Position numbers and translations under genes: made by a program
Notes under the pieces: model-generated
What the model saw: the letters and a program-made list of their open reading frames with translations, nothing else
The model's database searches: none
What the model was told of the DNA's origin: nothing
In this document: piece after piece, positions 52,170 through 63,028 of the stretch
Layout: each line of letters starts with the position of its first letter
Numbering within the stretch: position 1 is the first letter of the stretch
Source of the DNA: an uncultured Thermoproteaceae archaeon
Lineage (GTDB): Archaea; Thermoproteota; Thermoprotei; Thermoproteales; Thermocladiaceae
Reading direction: 5' to 3'
DNA length: 64,000 nucleotides
Assembly: GCA_964575955.1 (NCBI GenBank)
Contig: CAZNTG010000006.1
Coordinates: forward strand, 557,364 to 621,363

Positions 52170-54223
52170 ATTCTCACCATCTGAATATTTCCATAACAAT
52201 CAACAAATGCTTTCCAACCATCATCAAAAACTGTACAAGTCTTATCAACTATAACTGCAGGACCATAGATAACACATCCAGGTTCAAGCTTATCTCTAGC
52301 CAAGATTGGAGCTCTATGCCAAGAATCTCTAACAAATACATCAACATAATCTAACTTTGCAGATTCAGGAATGGGATTTTCAGCAATGACATCTCTAATA
52401 GGTCTAAATATCTCAACATTTAGCATACCAGTAACTACTACACAAGCTCTAGTAATTTCTATTTGTAAATCTTCGAGAGTATATCCAAAAAGTTTTGAAT
52501 ATTCTATCTCAAACTTTTTCAATATACTATCAACAGTATCTTCAAGATTAATATTTATTGGAATTTCTATATCTTGATCTCTATACCTTAGATATAGTAT
52601 ATATTCAATACATGTATTAACATTCTTAGAAATTCTATAAACCTTACCTACAAGCTCTTCAGATTTCTTAGATAATCTCTCCTTAATTTCTTCAATATCT
52701 AAATCATTTAAAATCCTGTATATAGGTATAGATTCTCTAAATATTATATCCATACATGCAAGTCCAAGAGCTGTAAATACACCAGCACTTTTAGGAATAA
52801 GTATCTTACTAATCTCTAATTCATTAGCAAGTTCACATGCATGTAGTGGTCCTGCACCACCATATGCTACTAGTGTAAATTCTCTAGGATCGTAACCTCT
52901 CTCTACAGTTGCAATCTTTATACCTCTACTCATTTCAAAATTAATTTTTCTAATAGCATTAATAGCAACTTCTTCAATACTCATACCAATATCATCACTA
53001 ATCTTCTTGATAGCTCTATATGCTAATTCTCTACTAATCTTCAAATTTCCAAGCATATACTTGTGATATATTCTATTCAATACAACATTAGCATCAGTTA
53101 TAGTAGGCTTCTCACCACCACGACCATAACATGCAGGTCCTGGATCTGCACCAGCACTTACAGGACCTACACGTAGCATACCTGCCTCATCAACCCATAT
53201 TATAGTTCCACCACCAGCACTAACTTCAACAATATCTACCATGTCAACTATTATGGGTATTCCAGTCCTCTTCTGAACTCTACCACCATGAATTTTAGGA
53301 TTTATCTCATACTCATTAACAATCTCTAAACTCTTGTTAACTATTGGTGAAAATTTTGCAGTAGTACCACCCATGTCAAATGCAACCACATTAGACATAT
53401 CTAACACTTTACACAATTTTAAACATGCAACAACACCTGCAGCAGGTCCTGACTCGAGTAGTATTACAGGTCTTCTTAAACATTCTTCAAAATCTATAAG
53501 ACCACCCCAAGATGCTACTAGGTATAGATCAAAATCTCTAACACTATTTGAAAGTTTATACATAAGTCTATCTATATACTTCGATATTACTGGTCTAAGT
53601 ATTGAACATATTAATGTTGTTGAAAATCTCTCATACTCTTTACATATTGGAACTACTTCATGACTACAGATAACATCGATGTTTAGTCTAGATTTTATAT
53701 AATTCTTAATCTTAATTTCAGATCTTGGATTTACATATGAATTTAATAGACATATAGCAACTATGTCAGGTTTTAAAACCTTCAATTTCTCGATAATGCT
53801 ATCTAGATCTTCATCAGATATATCTTTCTCAACTCTACCATCAGGTAGTGTTCTCTCATCAATCTCAATTATCTCCAAATCAACATTAATTTTTGGTCTT
53901 CTAGGCTTCAATGTGTATAGTTCAGACCTATTTTGACGAGCAATATATAGGATATCTCTAAATCCTCTATTAGTTATGAGACATATCTTTGGAAGATTTA
54001 GCTTTACCTGACCTAGCAATGTGTTTGATGCTAACGTACCTGCATGAACTATAGTTACATCATCTACATTAAACCTATTTAAAATCTCAACAACATTATC
54101 TTCAGGATTTTCAACATTAGTCAAAATTTTCAAGATCTCCAATCTGCCTGAAACTTGATCAAAAAGTACAGCATCGGTAAATGTTCCACCTATATCAACT
54201 CCAATAATAACTCTTGAAGACAC
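52166..54223 (-). CDS. Hydantoinase A / 5-oxoprolinase subunit
   Basis: DIGGTFTD, ESGPAAGV, DMGGTT, SAGADPGPACY, GGAGPLHA. Confidence 0.94.
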   Translation of the reverse strand: MSSRVIIGVDIGGTFTDAVLFDQVSGRLEILKILTNVENPEDNVVEILNRFNVDDVTIVHAGTLASNTLLGQVKLNLPKICLITNRGFRDILYIARQNRSELYTLKPRRPKINVDLEIIEIDERTLPDGRVEKDISDEDLDSIIEKLKVLKPDIVAICLLNSYVNPRSEIKIKNYIKSRLNIDVICSHEVVPICKEYERFSTTLICSILRPVISKYIDRLMYKLSNSVRDFDLYLVASWGGLIDFEECLRRPVILLESGPAAGVVACLKLCKVLDMSNVVAFDMGGTTAKFSPIVNKSLEIVNEYEINPKIHGGRVQKRTGIPIIVDMVDIVEVSAGGGTIIWVDEAGMLRVGPVSAGADPGPACYGRGGEKPTITDANVVLNRIYHKYMLGNLKISRELAYRAIKKISDDIGMSIEEVAINAIRKINFEMSRGIKIATVERGYDPREFTLVAYGGAGPLHACELANELEISKILIPKSAGVFTALGLACMDIIFRESIPIYRILNDLDIEEIKERLSKKSEELVGKVYRISKNVNTCIEYILYLRYRDQDIEIPININLEDTVDSILKKFEIEYSKLFGYTLEDLQIEITRACVVVTGMLNVEIFRPIRDVIAENPIPESAKLDYVDVFVRDSWHRAPILARDKLEPGCVIYGPAVIVDKTCTVFDDGWKAFVDCYGNIQMVRI

Positions 54224-54285
54224 GGTAGTTATATGATATGTAGAGTAAGGGTTTTTAAATTAGGTTAGACAAATCAGCGTTAAGT

Positions 54286-55023
54286 ATGGTAAAGAGACAT
54301 CTAAGAAGATCATGTGCACCATGGTGGTGGCCAATACCTAGAAAGGCAGGTGGAGTATGGACTGTAAGACCAAATCCAGGACCACATCCACTTGAAAAAT
54401 CTCTACCATTAGCAATAATTGTTAGAGATGTATTAAGATATGCTAAAACTCTCAAAGAAGCTAGGAGAATAATAGGTATGGGATATATAAAGGTTGATGG
54501 TAGAGTTAGAAGAGACTATAAATATCCTGTAGGTCTAATGGATGTTATTGAGATAGTACCAACAGGAGAGATCTATAGAATGGTTCCTCATCCAGTCAAG
54601 TTCCTAACACTAATACCAATACCGAAGGAGGAAGCTGGAATAAAACCTTGCAGAGTTGAGAATAAGACAACGATAAAGGGTGGAAATATACAACTAAATC
54701 TTCATGATGGTAGAAATCAGATAGTACCACCTGAAGAGGCTAGTAAATACAGGACATTAGACACTGTCGTATTAACAATACCGAACCAAAGTATTGTAAA
54801 ACACATACCAATACAATTAGGATCACTAGTAGTAGTTATTGATGGTAAGAATGTTGGTAGAGTTGGTAGAATTGTAGAAGTTATTCAAACATTTAAGAGA
54901 AGAAGAGCAACTGTAGCAATAGAGACTGAGAAAGGTGAAATTATTAGAACAATATTGGAATACGTGATGCCTATAGGTGAGGATAATAAGCCAATAATAA
55001 CACTACCACAAGAATGTTTCTAA
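54286..55023 (+). CDS. rps4e: 30S ribosomal protein S4e
   Basis: HLRR..AP..W.I.RK, PGPH, VDGRVRRD..YPVGLMDV, LHDGRN. Confidence 0.97.
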   Translation: MVKRHLRRSCAPWWWPIPRKAGGVWTVRPNPGPHPLEKSLPLAIIVRDVLRYAKTLKEARRIIGMGYIKVDGRVRRDYKYPVGLMDVIEIVPTGEIYRMVPHPVKFLTLIPIPKEEAGIKPCRVENKTTIKGGNIQLNLHDGRNQIVPPEEASKYRTLDTVVLTIPNQSIVKHIPIQLGSLVVVIDGKNVGRVGRIVEVIQTFKRRRATVAIETEKGEIIRTILEYVMPIGEDNKPIITLPQECF

Positions 55024-56195
55024 TATTCAAACTCTACACCTTTAGTAAATTCAATAATCAACTTCCTCTCTCTAACATAAGCCCTAACAGGTTTTGCAAG
55101 CTTTAACATTGTTGGAAGTGGAAATATCTTCTCAACAACACCTCTATCAGTTATAACCTCTATAACAAGCTCATCACCATGAAAATACACATTACCACAA
55201 TCTTGAACACCTGGAGGCATATTCATCTCAAGAATATACTTATCATCTAGTTCTCTAATATCTACAATCTTACCTTGATGATATATCTTTGCAGGATCAT
55301 CATCACCATAGAGTTCATCTGCCAACTTTCTAAGAAGTTCACATCCCTTAACTTCAATATCTAGTTGATATATCTTTCTAACAGGTATTGGGTATATACT
55401 CATTTCAAATCTCTTAACATACTCTTCCTGTCTCTTAGCCCATTCTGGTATTGTAGATATCTTATTCATAATTCCAAGATCAACATTTAGATTAAATACC
55501 TGTGCAAGACCTACAGATTTTATAGCATCATCAACGCTTGAAGTATCTGGATTTGCAATAACTCTAAGACTAGTAATATTTGGATCTGTTATTATTGTTG
55601 AGAGTTTTGTTGTCTCGTTAAAGAATGATTCTTCCTCTTCAACAACTTTACTAATCTTAGATGCAGGACTTAGAACAATAGATAACATTCTCGCTGTAGT
55701 TCTCATAATTGTCATACTAACCTTAATCATTCTTCTATGTATAGAATTTAGTATTGTTGGAAGATATAGAAGTCTAAGAGCCTCAGCTGAGGGTATTGTA
55801 TCTATGATAACTACATTATACCTACCTGACTCGTATAGTTCTAAAGCTTTTAGAAGACCCATACTCTCAGTAACCATGGGTAGCATAGCTAATTCATATG
55901 CTAGAACTTCATCAATACCATACTTTCTCAACCACTCTAAGAAATATTCTGACATATTTCTAAACTTCTTCATAACCTCAAGAACAGGATCTATATAATA
56001 TAGATCTACTCTCTCATTAATCTTAACAACATCTTTACTAACAGGAATATCGAAATATGTAGATATCGTATGTGCAGGATCCGTACTTATCAACGCTACA
56101 CTATAACCAATATCAGACAACTTCAAAGCTGTTGCAGCACTAATAACACTCTTACCAACACCACCCTTACCAGTAAATACTAGTACTCTACGCAC
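55020..56195 (-). CDS. ArsA/Get3-family ATPase with C-terminal HSP20-like extension
   Basis: GKGGVGKS, STDPAH, DTIPS; beta-rich C-terminal domain. Confidence 0.88.
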   Translation of the reverse strand: MRRVLVFTGKGGVGKSVISAATALKLSDIGYSVALISTDPAHTISTYFDIPVSKDVVKINERVDLYYIDPVLEVMKKFRNMSEYFLEWLRKYGIDEVLAYELAMLPMVTESMGLLKALELYESGRYNVVIIDTIPSAEALRLLYLPTILNSIHRRMIKVSMTIMRTTARMLSIVLSPASKISKVVEEEESFFNETTKLSTIITDPNITSLRVIANPDTSSVDDAIKSVGLAQVFNLNVDLGIMNKISTIPEWAKRQEEYVKRFEMSIYPIPVRKIYQLDIEVKGCELLRKLADELYGDDDPAKIYHQGKIVDIRELDDKYILEMNMPPGVQDCGNVYFHGDELVIEVITDRGVVEKIFPLPTMLKLAKPVRAYVRERKLIIEFTKGVEFEY

Positions 56196-56254
56196 ATGTT
56201 AACGATAAGTACCTAACTTAAATATATGCTCTAGACAACACAACTTAGACAAAT

Positions 56255-57127
56255 ATGAAACTTAAACCTAGATGTATACCATGTCAAGTAGAGGTTAGAT
56301 TTAGAGATGTTGTGAAGCTGTTCAAAGATGAGAAATTGAGGTATAGATACATGATGGACATATTAGAAATGTTGTATAGATATGCAAAAGATAATAGAGA
56401 TCCAGCACCTGTAGTAGCAACAAGAATATTTAGATATTTAAAAGTGGAGAGTGGAAATCCTGATCCATATAGAGAAGAGAAGTATAGAGCAAACATTGAA
56501 GGATTGAAAATTTTAGAGAAAGTTGAAGAATTATTACAAAACTATGAAGATATCGATAAGAAGATTGATATAGCATTAAAACTATGTCTTCTAGGTAATA
56601 GTATTGATCTTGGAGTAGCCGGATATAGACCACCAAGCTTAGAAGATCTTATTAGAGAGATAGAAAGTATGAAAGTTGTTGGTCAATTTCCAAAGATAAG
56701 AAATAGAACAATACTATACCTACTAGATAATGCAGGAGAGGCAGCTCTAGATAGAATATTTGCAAGAATTTTAAGAGAGTTAGATAATACAGTTATAGCA
56801 GTCGTTAAAGGTGGATCATTTCAAAATGATGTAACGATTAATGAAGTTCCTGAACTTGGTCTAGATCAAGATTTTGATGAAGTAATAACAACAGGAACAG
56901 ATGCAGCAAGCATATTTCTAGAAGAAGTTGATAGAGAGTTTCTAGAAGTACTAAACATCTCTGACATAGTGGTAGCTAAAGGTATGGCACACTTCGAATA
57001 TATAACAGAAATTGAACATGTTTTAAAGAAACCGATAATATACATGTTTAAAGCTAAATGTGAACCAATAGCTGAAGAAGCTGGAGTAGAGAAGGGTAGT
57101 TATGTAGTACTTAGAAGAAATATCTAG
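56255..57127 (+). CDS. DUF89/ARMT1 damage-control phosphatase
   Basis: CIPC, DPY, GNSID, DNAGE, NDVT, AKGMAHFE, AKC. Confidence 0.92.
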   Translation: MKLKPRCIPCQVEVRFRDVVKLFKDEKLRYRYMMDILEMLYRYAKDNRDPAPVVATRIFRYLKVESGNPDPYREEKYRANIEGLKILEKVEELLQNYEDIDKKIDIALKLCLLGNSIDLGVAGYRPPSLEDLIREIESMKVVGQFPKIRNRTILYLLDNAGEAALDRIFARILRELDNTVIAVVKGGSFQNDVTINEVPELGLDQDFDEVITTGTDAASIFLEEVDREFLEVLNISDIVVAKGMAHFEYITEIEHVLKKPIIYMFKAKCEPIAEEAGVEKGSYVVLRRNI

Positions 57128-57154
57128 AAAGAGTGTAATATAGATAGTTATGTA

Positions 57155-57706
57155 ATGAGTGAAGAAGTTGTTCCAATATATGCAGAGGGAATACATGTAT
57201 TTGACCTGCTTGGAAATGTGTGGCTAGTACTAATTTTCGAATATAGAGATCCAAAAGCATACTACTACAATCTAGTTAAGAAAGGTGGTTCTGAGATAAT
57301 AGAAGAATTAGAAACAATGATGAGTAATATGCAGAAATTTCTAGATGAGGAAATTATAAAGATAAATGGTGAGAGAACAAGACCAGAAGTTAAAGATATA
57401 ATACTTGGATTTAGAGGTAGTTATAATAGACCATATGTAGAATTCTACATACATTTTAAAGGAAAGTTAAAACCAGGAATTAACAGATATGATAACTATT
57501 ATGAAGAAGAGATAGCAGAATATGACTATGAGATATTGTGGATATTTCCTGAAGGTGTTAGAGTAGTAAATTACCAAATAGCAGGTGATGGTAGAATAAT
57601 TGGAACAACAGATAACATACTTGTAGTACATGTTAGAAAAGGTACTAGAGTCGGTAGTCATGAATGGATAGAATTTGAAATACCTGAAAATATGTTAAAA
57701 AGCTAA
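57155..57706 (+). CDS. Hypothetical acidic protein
   Basis: 183-aa ORF with typical codon usage. Confidence 0.65.
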   Translation: MSEEVVPIYAEGIHVFDLLGNVWLVLIFEYRDPKAYYYNLVKKGGSEIIEELETMMSNMQKFLDEEIIKINGERTRPEVKDIILGFRGSYNRPYVEFYIHFKGKLKPGINRYDNYYEEEIAEYDYEILWIFPEGVRVVNYQIAGDGRIIGTTDNILVVHVRKGTRVGSHEWIEFEIPENMLKS

Positions 57707-57751
57707 ACATATTAACACTCACAACATTTAGAATGTAGAAAGTGAATTTTT

Positions 57752-58312
57752 ATGAGTAAGAAGAGTGATAATATATTTAGAAGAATAGATGTAAAGAAGC
57801 TGATACTACTAGCACTACTATTCCTACTAATAGCAGCATTTTGTCCATCATTTGCAAGATTTATACTATTTCTAGTACTTCTCGGACTTTTCATATATCT
57901 ACTAACAAAATCATATCCAGATATCGTAACAATGGTTAAGAGACTATTTATAAATCAGACAACTAGAACTATTAGAAAATATATACAACATGATGTTGTA
58001 GAAGTTAAACCACTACTAGTAGAGGTTGGTAAAGGTAAGACATTGATAAAATTAGGATCTCACTGGATTAGAATTTTAGAAATTGAAGATGAGCTTCCTG
58101 ATAGTATAATGCGAATATTGGAGAGAGATGAACATGTAGTTGTAGTAAAATCTAGAGATCAAAACTACATAATCATTAGAGGTGAAGATGTTGATGAAGT
58201 TGACGATAAATCTAGAGCTATAGAGAACATGCTCGACAAGATCGGAATTACATACAGACTTTTATCTTCAGAAGAAGCAATAAATACCATTCTAAACCTC
58301 TTCAGGATATGA
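57752..58312 (+). CDS. Hypothetical membrane protein (two N-terminal TM helices)
   Basis: Hydrophobic hairpin then soluble domain; ATGA-coupled to the next gene. Confidence 0.65.
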   Translation: MSKKSDNIFRRIDVKKLILLALLFLLIAAFCPSFARFILFLVLLGLFIYLLTKSYPDIVTMVKRLFINQTTRTIRKYIQHDVVEVKPLLVEVGKGKTLIKLGSHWIRILEIEDELPDSIMRILERDEHVVVVKSRDQNYIIIRGEDVDEVDDKSRAIENMLDKIGITYRLLSSEEAINTILNLFRI

Positions 58313-58728
58313 GAACGGAGGAAGTAGTAAAACTACTAAGGAAAATAGTTGAAAGAGGTTACATACCAATAGACGAGTTAAGTAGTAATGAACTTGAAAT
58401 AATTAAACAATTAGAAAAGGAGGGAGTTGTTAAGAAATGTTATACAATATCTCCAGAATATATTCAAGATATAGTAAAACTTTGCAAACCTAGAGTTATA
58501 ACAGTTAGACATAGTGGAAATCGAAACATATTATTAAAAATAATTAAGATATTAATACCAACAGGATTCACAATACTACCAATGTATTTAGCAATAGAGA
58601 GCATTCTACTAGGACCAGACTACCTAGGTGTTGCTATATTCTTCATATTAATAAGTGCTGCATGTCTATATGCAGGATCTATAGTTAGTAGAAAGATCAT
58701 AGAGAGATTAAGATTATTAAAACTGTAG
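58309..58728 (+). CDS. Hypothetical protein, N-terminal wHTH-like with two C-terminal TM helices
   Basis: 'IIKQLEKEGVV' helix; C-terminal hydrophobic hairpin. Confidence 0.6.
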   Translation: MRTEEVVKLLRKIVERGYIPIDELSSNELEIIKQLEKEGVVKKCYTISPEYIQDIVKLCKPRVITVRHSGNRNILLKIIKILIPTGFTILPMYLAIESILLGPDYLGVAIFFILISAACLYAGSIVSRKIIERLRLLKL

Positions 58729-58783
58729 TATTTCAATACTAATATTCAAGAAGAAGACTTATTAGTATGTTCAAAATGGTAAT

Positions 58784-59530
58784 ATGATAATAATGTCTAA
58801 TAAATGTAAAATACTTGAAGTTGAATCACTGAGTAAGAAGTTTGGAAATAAGTATGCTGTTAAGGATTTATCATTTGAAATTTATGAAGGCGAAGTTTAC
58901 TGTCTTGTAGGTCCTAATGGTGCTGGTAAAACAACAACTTTGAGGATGATTGTTGGACTTTTAACACCAACTTCAGGAAGAGTTAAGATTATGGGTATAG
59001 ATGTTCATAAAAATAGGGAGAAAGCTATGAGATATATAACATACGTTCCTGATGTACCTGTGCTATATAGTGAACTTACTGTTGTAGAGACATTACTACT
59101 CTATGCATCTCTTAGAGGAGTTGATAGGCATGTTGCAGAGAGAAGAATTGAAGATTTGATAGAGAAGTTTGAACTTAAGGATTATAGAGATGTTAAAGTT
59201 AGAAGTTTATCAAGAGGAACATTGCAGAAGCTTGTCATTGCAATGTCATTCCTACCTGATCCAAAATTGATAGTTATGGATGAGCCATTTATGGCTTTAG
59301 ATGTACATATGCAGAAAGTATTGAAAGATGAGATTAGAGAGAGATCTAGAATGGGTACATCATTCCTAATATCTAGCCACGTAATACCATGGGTTGAAGA
59401 GATAGCTAGTAGAGTATGCGTTATATATAATGGTATTAAAGTTATTGAAGGATCTATAGAGTATGTTAAAACTAAACTAGGAGGAATAACTCTAGAAGAA
59501 GCATTATTAAGTATCTTAAAAGCTGAGTAG
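58784..59530 (+). CDS. ABC-2-type transporter ATP-binding protein
   Basis: GPNGAGKTT, LSRG, MDEP, SSH. Confidence 0.95.
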   Translation: MIIMSNKCKILEVESLSKKFGNKYAVKDLSFEIYEGEVYCLVGPNGAGKTTTLRMIVGLLTPTSGRVKIMGIDVHKNREKAMRYITYVPDVPVLYSELTVVETLLLYASLRGVDRHVAERRIEDLIEKFELKDYRDVKVRSLSRGTLQKLVIAMSFLPDPKLIVMDEPFMALDVHMQKVLKDEIRERSRMGTSFLISSHVIPWVEEIASRVCVIYNGIKVIEGSIEYVKTKLGGITLEEALLSILKAE

Positions 59531-59532
59531 TT

Positions 59533-61134
59533 ATGAGAGAGATATTTATAGCATTGATATATAAGCTAAAACACATACTTAGAATAGTATGGCCAACAGT
59601 TATAGTCGCATTTACACTACTATTTGTATCACTAATATTTCCAAGATATATAAGAGGTTCTAGTTATGCACAATCTATAAAGCATGTTCATGGAAAATTC
59701 ATAATTCTAAATCCAGCATTAGCATTATGCATAGTTATTGCGTGTGGTGCAATATTTATGAGTATAGATCTGCTTTTTCAAAAAACTAGACTAGGAGCTG
59801 GTTCAAGAAAGAGATATACTATGCGTGGTGTTCTTACTGAGGATGATATATATCTACTGTATCAATCCCCACTATCTGCAAGATCTATAATATTCTTAAC
59901 ACTTATAGTAAATACTATTGTAACGTCTATAGCATTTATACCACTAGCAATCCTGATAGCATTATCATTTACAGACGTGTATGGTATAGAGGTTATTAGA
60001 TATGTAGTATTTTCATACATATTCCTAATACTCGCATACATACATGGATACTCACTATACCTCACATTAATAGCACCTAGAGGAGTTGAGAATGTCAATA
60101 CTTGGAAAACTACATATTTCACACTACTAGCACTTACCTGTCTAGGACCACTCATATTAAAGTATGCACCATATCTCTACTTCATATCTCCATCAGCAAC
60201 ATATGCATTAGCTATAGATTCAATAGCAAGATTTAAATATAGTAATGCTATACCTCTAGCACTAATATACACATTAATACCATTAGTAATTTTAGACAAA
60301 TTATCAAACGTTGATTACAGTATAAAACCTCTAGACTTAATATATGGAACATTATATAGAGTAGAGTATGCAGGTATTAGAATATTCAATATAAGCACAT
60401 TTATAGATAATATAGTTAAAAGACTACCATCAATATATATTGCATATGCTTCAAGTATTGCAATAGGTATACCAATAATATTAAAAATTCTAAACATTCC
60501 AAATAGTATAATTAACATAGTCACAATATCACTATTCTACATTGTCATAATAATGATAGTTATGCTACCTGTAAACCTATCATACATTATTGGAATTATA
60601 TTAGGAATGTGTGGATGGTTTATTAATCAATCAACATATCCAATTGATAAGATATTAACAACAAGTACTATTAAAATACTAAAATACTCACTAATACCTA
60701 TGATAATAGCAATAGTATTGTCAATATTAAATATACTCATTACAGGTAATACATTAATGTATAGAATGTTATTAATGTTTGTAATATTTAGCATAGTATT
60801 ATCAATACCAGCACTTAAACTTATAATTAAACTAGCATTAGCACAAGGTTTGAAGAATTATCTAAAGTCTGGAAATCTACCACTAGCTATAGATTATACA
60901 AACATATCAGCAGCTGAAGAAATGAGAGATAGAATTATAATACTAATACCATTCATAGTCATCATAATCGGCATCTTAATAATGTCTTATGGAATTTCAA
61001 CAATATTAGAAAACATACACACATTCACAATAAATACTCTAATAGGATTTACAATACTCATAATTGGAGTCATAGTATATTCAATACTTTTGATAATTAT
61101 GAAAATTCTAGTAGATAGATTTACTAAAATATAG
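59533..61134 (+). CDS. ABC exporter permease (multi-TM)
   Basis: Many hydrophobic helices; directly follows the ABC ATPase. Confidence 0.78.
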   Translation: MREIFIALIYKLKHILRIVWPTVIVAFTLLFVSLIFPRYIRGSSYAQSIKHVHGKFIILNPALALCIVIACGAIFMSIDLLFQKTRLGAGSRKRYTMRGVLTEDDIYLLYQSPLSARSIIFLTLIVNTIVTSIAFIPLAILIALSFTDVYGIEVIRYVVFSYIFLILAYIHGYSLYLTLIAPRGVENVNTWKTTYFTLLALTCLGPLILKYAPYLYFISPSATYALAIDSIARFKYSNAIPLALIYTLIPLVILDKLSNVDYSIKPLDLIYGTLYRVEYAGIRIFNISTFIDNIVKRLPSIYIAYASSIAIGIPIILKILNIPNSIINIVTISLFYIVIIMIVMLPVNLSYIIGIILGMCGWFINQSTYPIDKILTTSTIKILKYSLIPMIIAIVLSILNILITGNTLMYRMLLMFVIFSIVLSIPALKLIIKLALAQGLKNYLKSGNLPLAIDYTNISAAEEMRDRIIILIPFIVIIIGILIMSYGISTILENIHTFTINTLIGFTILIIGVIVYSILLIIMKILVDRFTKI

Positions 61135-61334
61135 AATCATTACATACATATCTGAGACAAAAGCATTAAAGTTGAGCGTCTGAGAGCATTAATATAGTTA
61201 GGAAGATCGTAGATAGGTTCTATATAAGATATATGGTGTATGATTTGAGTAGTGTTAGAAGTCTAATAGTTAGAGATAGGATTTTTGGATTTAGAAATGT
61301 TAGGTATTATATGCTTATTTTTAAGAAATGTATA

Positions 61335-62954
61335 TTACAGTACTGCTAGTCTTCTCATACCTCTACCACCTCTAGTTCTACCTCTACCCATGCCTACACC
61401 ACCTATAATTCCTCTGAAGTGTATTGGTCTGAGTGGTTTGAAGAATGGTTGATAGGCTTCGCTAAATCCTGGCATTACACATGCAATACATGGAGCACTC
61501 TTCTTTGTACATCCAGCTTTTGCCTCTGTATTTGCTAGTAGTTTTGAAGTATCTTTAATATCTTTATCAATAATCCATCCAACAGCATTCCATGGGCATG
61601 TACTTTCAGGACCTTTACAGCCAACACTAAATGCACAGTATGGTGTTCCATCTGCTGGATATTCTTTCAACAACTTTCTCTTCCAGTATATGAATTTTGG
61701 ACAACCTGTTAATAGTGGTGCTTGTTCTAGAGTTCCATTAGCAACATATGTATATACACAACCTGCTCTATCTCTCAAGAATCTATGTGTTCTAAATACA
61801 AATAGTGGAAACTTCACAAGTCTAACACCTTGTAGATCAACTTCAACATATTCAGGTCTGAAATATCTATCTAGTGGTAAGTATATGTCTAAACTCCTCA
61901 GAAGTTCTGCAAGACTTGAAGATGCTGTTGAAAGCTTCTTCTTCAAGTATATCAATACTAGAGATGCAAGTGTTAGAGATATTGCATTACCATTAGCTGG
62001 ACATCCAGGAACTGCAACTGCAGGTTTTATAGATGCATTCCACGTTAATGGTAATCTATACAGCTCAGTGAGACCACCACCTGTAGTTATGAAATTGTAA
62101 TATGGATCAAGTGCATCTGTATATACTGCAGATTCTGTAGTTATCCAATTCCAAACACTTGCAAGTACTCCACTATGTGCATATTGACTATACTTCAATA
62201 CAAATCCTGGCTGATTCTTTATAGGATCTGGGAAAAATCCCATAGCTCCTGATGGTGAGTGAGATGCTGCACCTTCCATACTGAATGTCGCAACATCAGG
62301 TGCATAGTCTGATGGCATTCCACCATATGATGCACATGTACCAACAGCAACTACAGCTATAGCACCTTTACACAATCTATAGAACTACTCAGTTATTGTT
62401 CTAGGTCCTAGAAGTGCATTCCAACCATTATACTTAGTCTTATAGAATACCTCATCTGTAAGTGCACCTTCAAGAACAAGTATGTATGGTTCTGGCTTAC
62501 CTTCAATAATCTCTTCATTAAACTTCTCAAGAATTTCTAGATAAGTTGCTGGATATATAGGCTCTACAGCTTTACCAAGATACTCAATCTCCTCACCCCA
62601 CTCAGGTCTTACAGTATCGTGAAATGCTAGATCAATTTTAAGTCCTGCAAGTACGTAGAGTAGGTCTGAGTTGAATGGTGGTTTCCACCACTCAATAGAG
62701 TCTCCAACACCAACCTTCTCAAGAGCATATGTCAATACTGAATCTGCAATTGCTGTAGAGTCTAGAAGTGCTATAGTATCACCAGCACAGTCAGCACACT
62801 CAACCCACACAATCTTCGGCATTACTGTTGGATCTTCTCTAATAGCTCTCGCAATAGCTTTGAAGTGAGGACCTGTAAGCTTCAGCATTCCAGCTAGCAA
62901 CATCGCAGATATGCACATCTTTAGAAATTCTCTACGAGTTACTTCAACCATCAT
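61335..62954 (-). pseudogene. [NiFe]-hydrogenase small subunit with Tat signal and one in-frame TAG (62385-62387)
   Basis: TRREFLK, ECADCAGD, LEGA, VGTCASYGG, PGCP, GCKGP, CIAC..PGF; the two track ORFs are in the same frame: ITE*FYRLCKG. Confidence 0.88.
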
Positions 62955-63028
62955 GTATGTAATAATTATAGATTTATAAAGTATTAAATCGAGTAGTTAT
63001 AGTAAGAATCTAAAAGGTTTGTATTATT

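Noticed and set aside
57752-58312. Resemblance to PrgI/VirB3-like DNA-transfer components
   Set aside because: Only a loose architectural likeness, with no VirB4/HerA ATPase nearby.
62385-62387. Pyrrolysine or genome-wide stop reassignment
   Set aside because: TAG and TGA end many genes here at their expected C-termini (argC, serS, aIF5A, rpo4), and no pyl genes are present in the window.
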